Part shown: piece by piece, positions 61,901 through 64,000 of the stretch
Layout: each line of letters opens with the position of its first letter
How positions within the stretch are numbered: position 1 is the first letter of the stretch
NCBI GenBank assembly: GCA_036172245.1
Contig: JAYWIR010000002.1
Span: 3,596,001-3,660,000 of the forward strand
DNA from: Raillietiella orientalis
Lineage: Eukaryota
Direction: 5' to 3'
DNA length: 64,000 nucleotides
Program-made: the position numbers and the translations under genes
Notes under the pieces: generated by a model
Databases searched by the model: none
What the model saw: the letters and a program-made list of their open reading frames with translations, nothing else
Told to the model about the DNA's origin: nothing

Positions 61901-63535
61901 AGGATGATAGATAGATTTGCATACTTTCCGGTAGGTAATCAATGAATCTTTACGCTTTAGTGGAGCACACGGACACTAATTTCACCGTGTTCATCCCTCC
62001 GCAAGAAGAATACGCTCGCCCTTCAGAATCTGACTGAACGACAAGCATCCGTGGCTGCAGTCGAATGGATGGAGACGGGTCGTGCCCTGTGGCCACCCAG
62101 TTTGCGCGCAGCCGTTTCCTGAGGACAAGACGAACTTCGATTCCGCCTGCCAGAAGTGAAATCCAACAGTCGGGATGGAGTCCTCAGTCGCCATTAGCCA
62201 CGCGCTCTTCCACGGGGTGCCCTCAACCACGTGGAATTTTTTTCGTTTCTCCATTTCTCGAATGCGAACCTGGAGGTCGACTTTCGGTCAGCAGATCTCA
62301 TAAAATATCGTTCCGCCGCATCCTAGGCCTGTGAGCTCCTCTTTACATTAAGTTTTAAGTTTTATATACATATATATATATTTAACTGAAACCGCAAAAA
62401 CTCACCATTGCTACCAAATTTCTCTTCCTTGCGCGCATCTTTGAATATTTTCGTAGCAGTTTCGAGGGTATGGAGGGAGGGGAGGGGGGGAGTAGGGAGG
62501 CGCGCCTGTTCGTTTTTCCCTCCACTTCCTGGCGCTCCGTGCAAGAATTTTCTTTCCTCCTCCTCGGGAACGCAGAATGCTACGCGTTCGCCCACGCGAC
62601 GAGCCGGAGGATGCTCATCGGAAGCAGAGCTCGCCCTCTGATCTCAGGTGTCACACCGCAATTTTCCCTCAATTCGTTTCCGCGCCCGATCCTGGTTCCC
62701 GGATTCGGAAGCGCCCCGCGGCCTCATCGTTGCCTCCGAGGAATTTGAACCGGCCAATGAGGGCTGGGAGCGGATGAGAAGAGGGGGAGCAGGGCCCATC
62801 CCACCCGGAGGAGTTTAATGAGAAACGGCCCCTCGAAGGGAGGATCGTCGTCGTGGTCCCTTGCGATCGCAAGGGAGGCGACAAGGTGAAGGGACTCTCG
62901 CCCACGCCCGTCCCAGGTCCCTGCTGGTGAAAGGCCGCAGGAACCTTCAACTGAACGGCCGGGGAAAGCGGCCTGATCCTAAAGGAGCTGCGTAGGGGCG
63001 CGTCCGACTCTCCTCGCGACTGCGCCTCTTCCTCTTCGTCTAGGATTGCCTTCCCCCGCCCCACCCCGAAGCGCCGACCATCCTCGACATCCCTCCCCTT
63101 CCCCGTGGAGCCTCGAGAGTCCTGGGCCGGTTTTCGCGCGAAGAACGCTCTCTCCTCCTTCCACTTTGGCGCTGATCCCCGAACCCCTCTCCCGATGCGG
63201 TGAAGCGCGGTCGCGTGCGGGAGGGGGTGGGGACAGGAAAGACCGACCGGGGAGTCTGCTGCTCTCCCGGAGCCGTAGCTGCCCGCATCCTGGAAGCGCG
63301 GCGGCAGAGGCGTTTCGTCCCGGACACGGCGGCTCCCGTTCCCCGGAAAAATTCACCTTCGGCCGGAGGGAGCGGGGGAATGAAGTGTCCCGGGGAGGCC
63401 GCTAAGCACCTGACGCATCGGCACCCCATTATAAACCCATTACACGCGATTTGTTGTGTCTTGTCGGGACTTAACCCCCAAATTTGGGAAACAGGACGAG
63501 CGACCCATTCAATAATGTCCGCTTCCGCTCCTCCG

Positions 63536-63538
<3 letters not shown>

Positions 63539-63572
<34 letters not shown>
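63539..63572. repeat. Poly(T) homopolymer, about 34 nt
   Basis: Directly visible. Confidence 0.95.
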
Positions 63573-63574
<2 letters not shown>

Positions 63575-64000
63575 TGTTAGCGTTTGCCCCCTCCCTCCTC
63601 CCCCAAGCGGCTTATTTTCCACTTTTGGGGAAAATCGCATTATCACTGCTCCGTAACCTCGGGGTCTGCCGCTGTCGCTGTCGCTGCCTTTTTTTTTTTC
63701 CTTTTTCCCTCCCCTTTTTTTTTTTTTTATGAGGACTTTCGGGATCGATTCCGCCCGATAATCTCGATTACACGTAAACAGAGCGAGAAGGCCGCACGCG
63801 GGATTTCCGGTCTCCTCCGGGCGGCGCCGAAAGGACTCTAACGGGAGGCGGGAGCGGGCGGTGGCGGCCGCGAGGCGGTTCCCGGAGGTCCTTCTCCTTC
63901 CCCCGAGCCAAGAGGCGCATCTTCTCCCGGAGTCTCCCCGCCCCGTCTTCAGCTACCCCCGGGGCTGCAGCATGGGCGAGCACTCGAGAGGAATCCCCGC

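Noticed and set aside
1-64000. CRISPR arrays, rRNA/tRNA genes, prokaryotic operons or defence systems
   Set aside because: No repeat-spacer arrays, recognisable structural RNA genes or dense coding were seen. The window is clearly intron-containing animal DNA.

Overview
This is eukaryotic (metazoan) genomic DNA, most likely from an arthropod. It is GC-rich, shows no obvious CpG depletion, and is dense in microsatellites and homopolymers. The main feature is an apparently complete, three-coding-exon BCL11/CTIP-family (Drosophila Chronophage/CG9650-like) zinc-finger transcription factor gene on the + strand. Its exons are 17826-17877, 29005-29346 and 40766-42966, all joins are GT-AG and phase 1, and the total is 2595 nt = 864 aa + stop. 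The most notable observation is a second, divergently oriented first exon on the - strand at 2608-2557 (MSRRKQENPQPRKRSNF). It has the same 52-nt coding length, the same intron phase and mostly synonymous differences from the + gene's exon 1. This points to a head-to-head pair of old BCL11 paralogs about 15.2 kb apart, with the rest of the second gene presumably left of the window. The remainder looks non-coding, with simple repeats and heavily decayed retroelement relics that were recognised by eye at low to moderate confidence. No prokaryotic-type systems, RNA genes or CRISPR arrays were seen. Nearly all of the six-frame ORFs are spurious.
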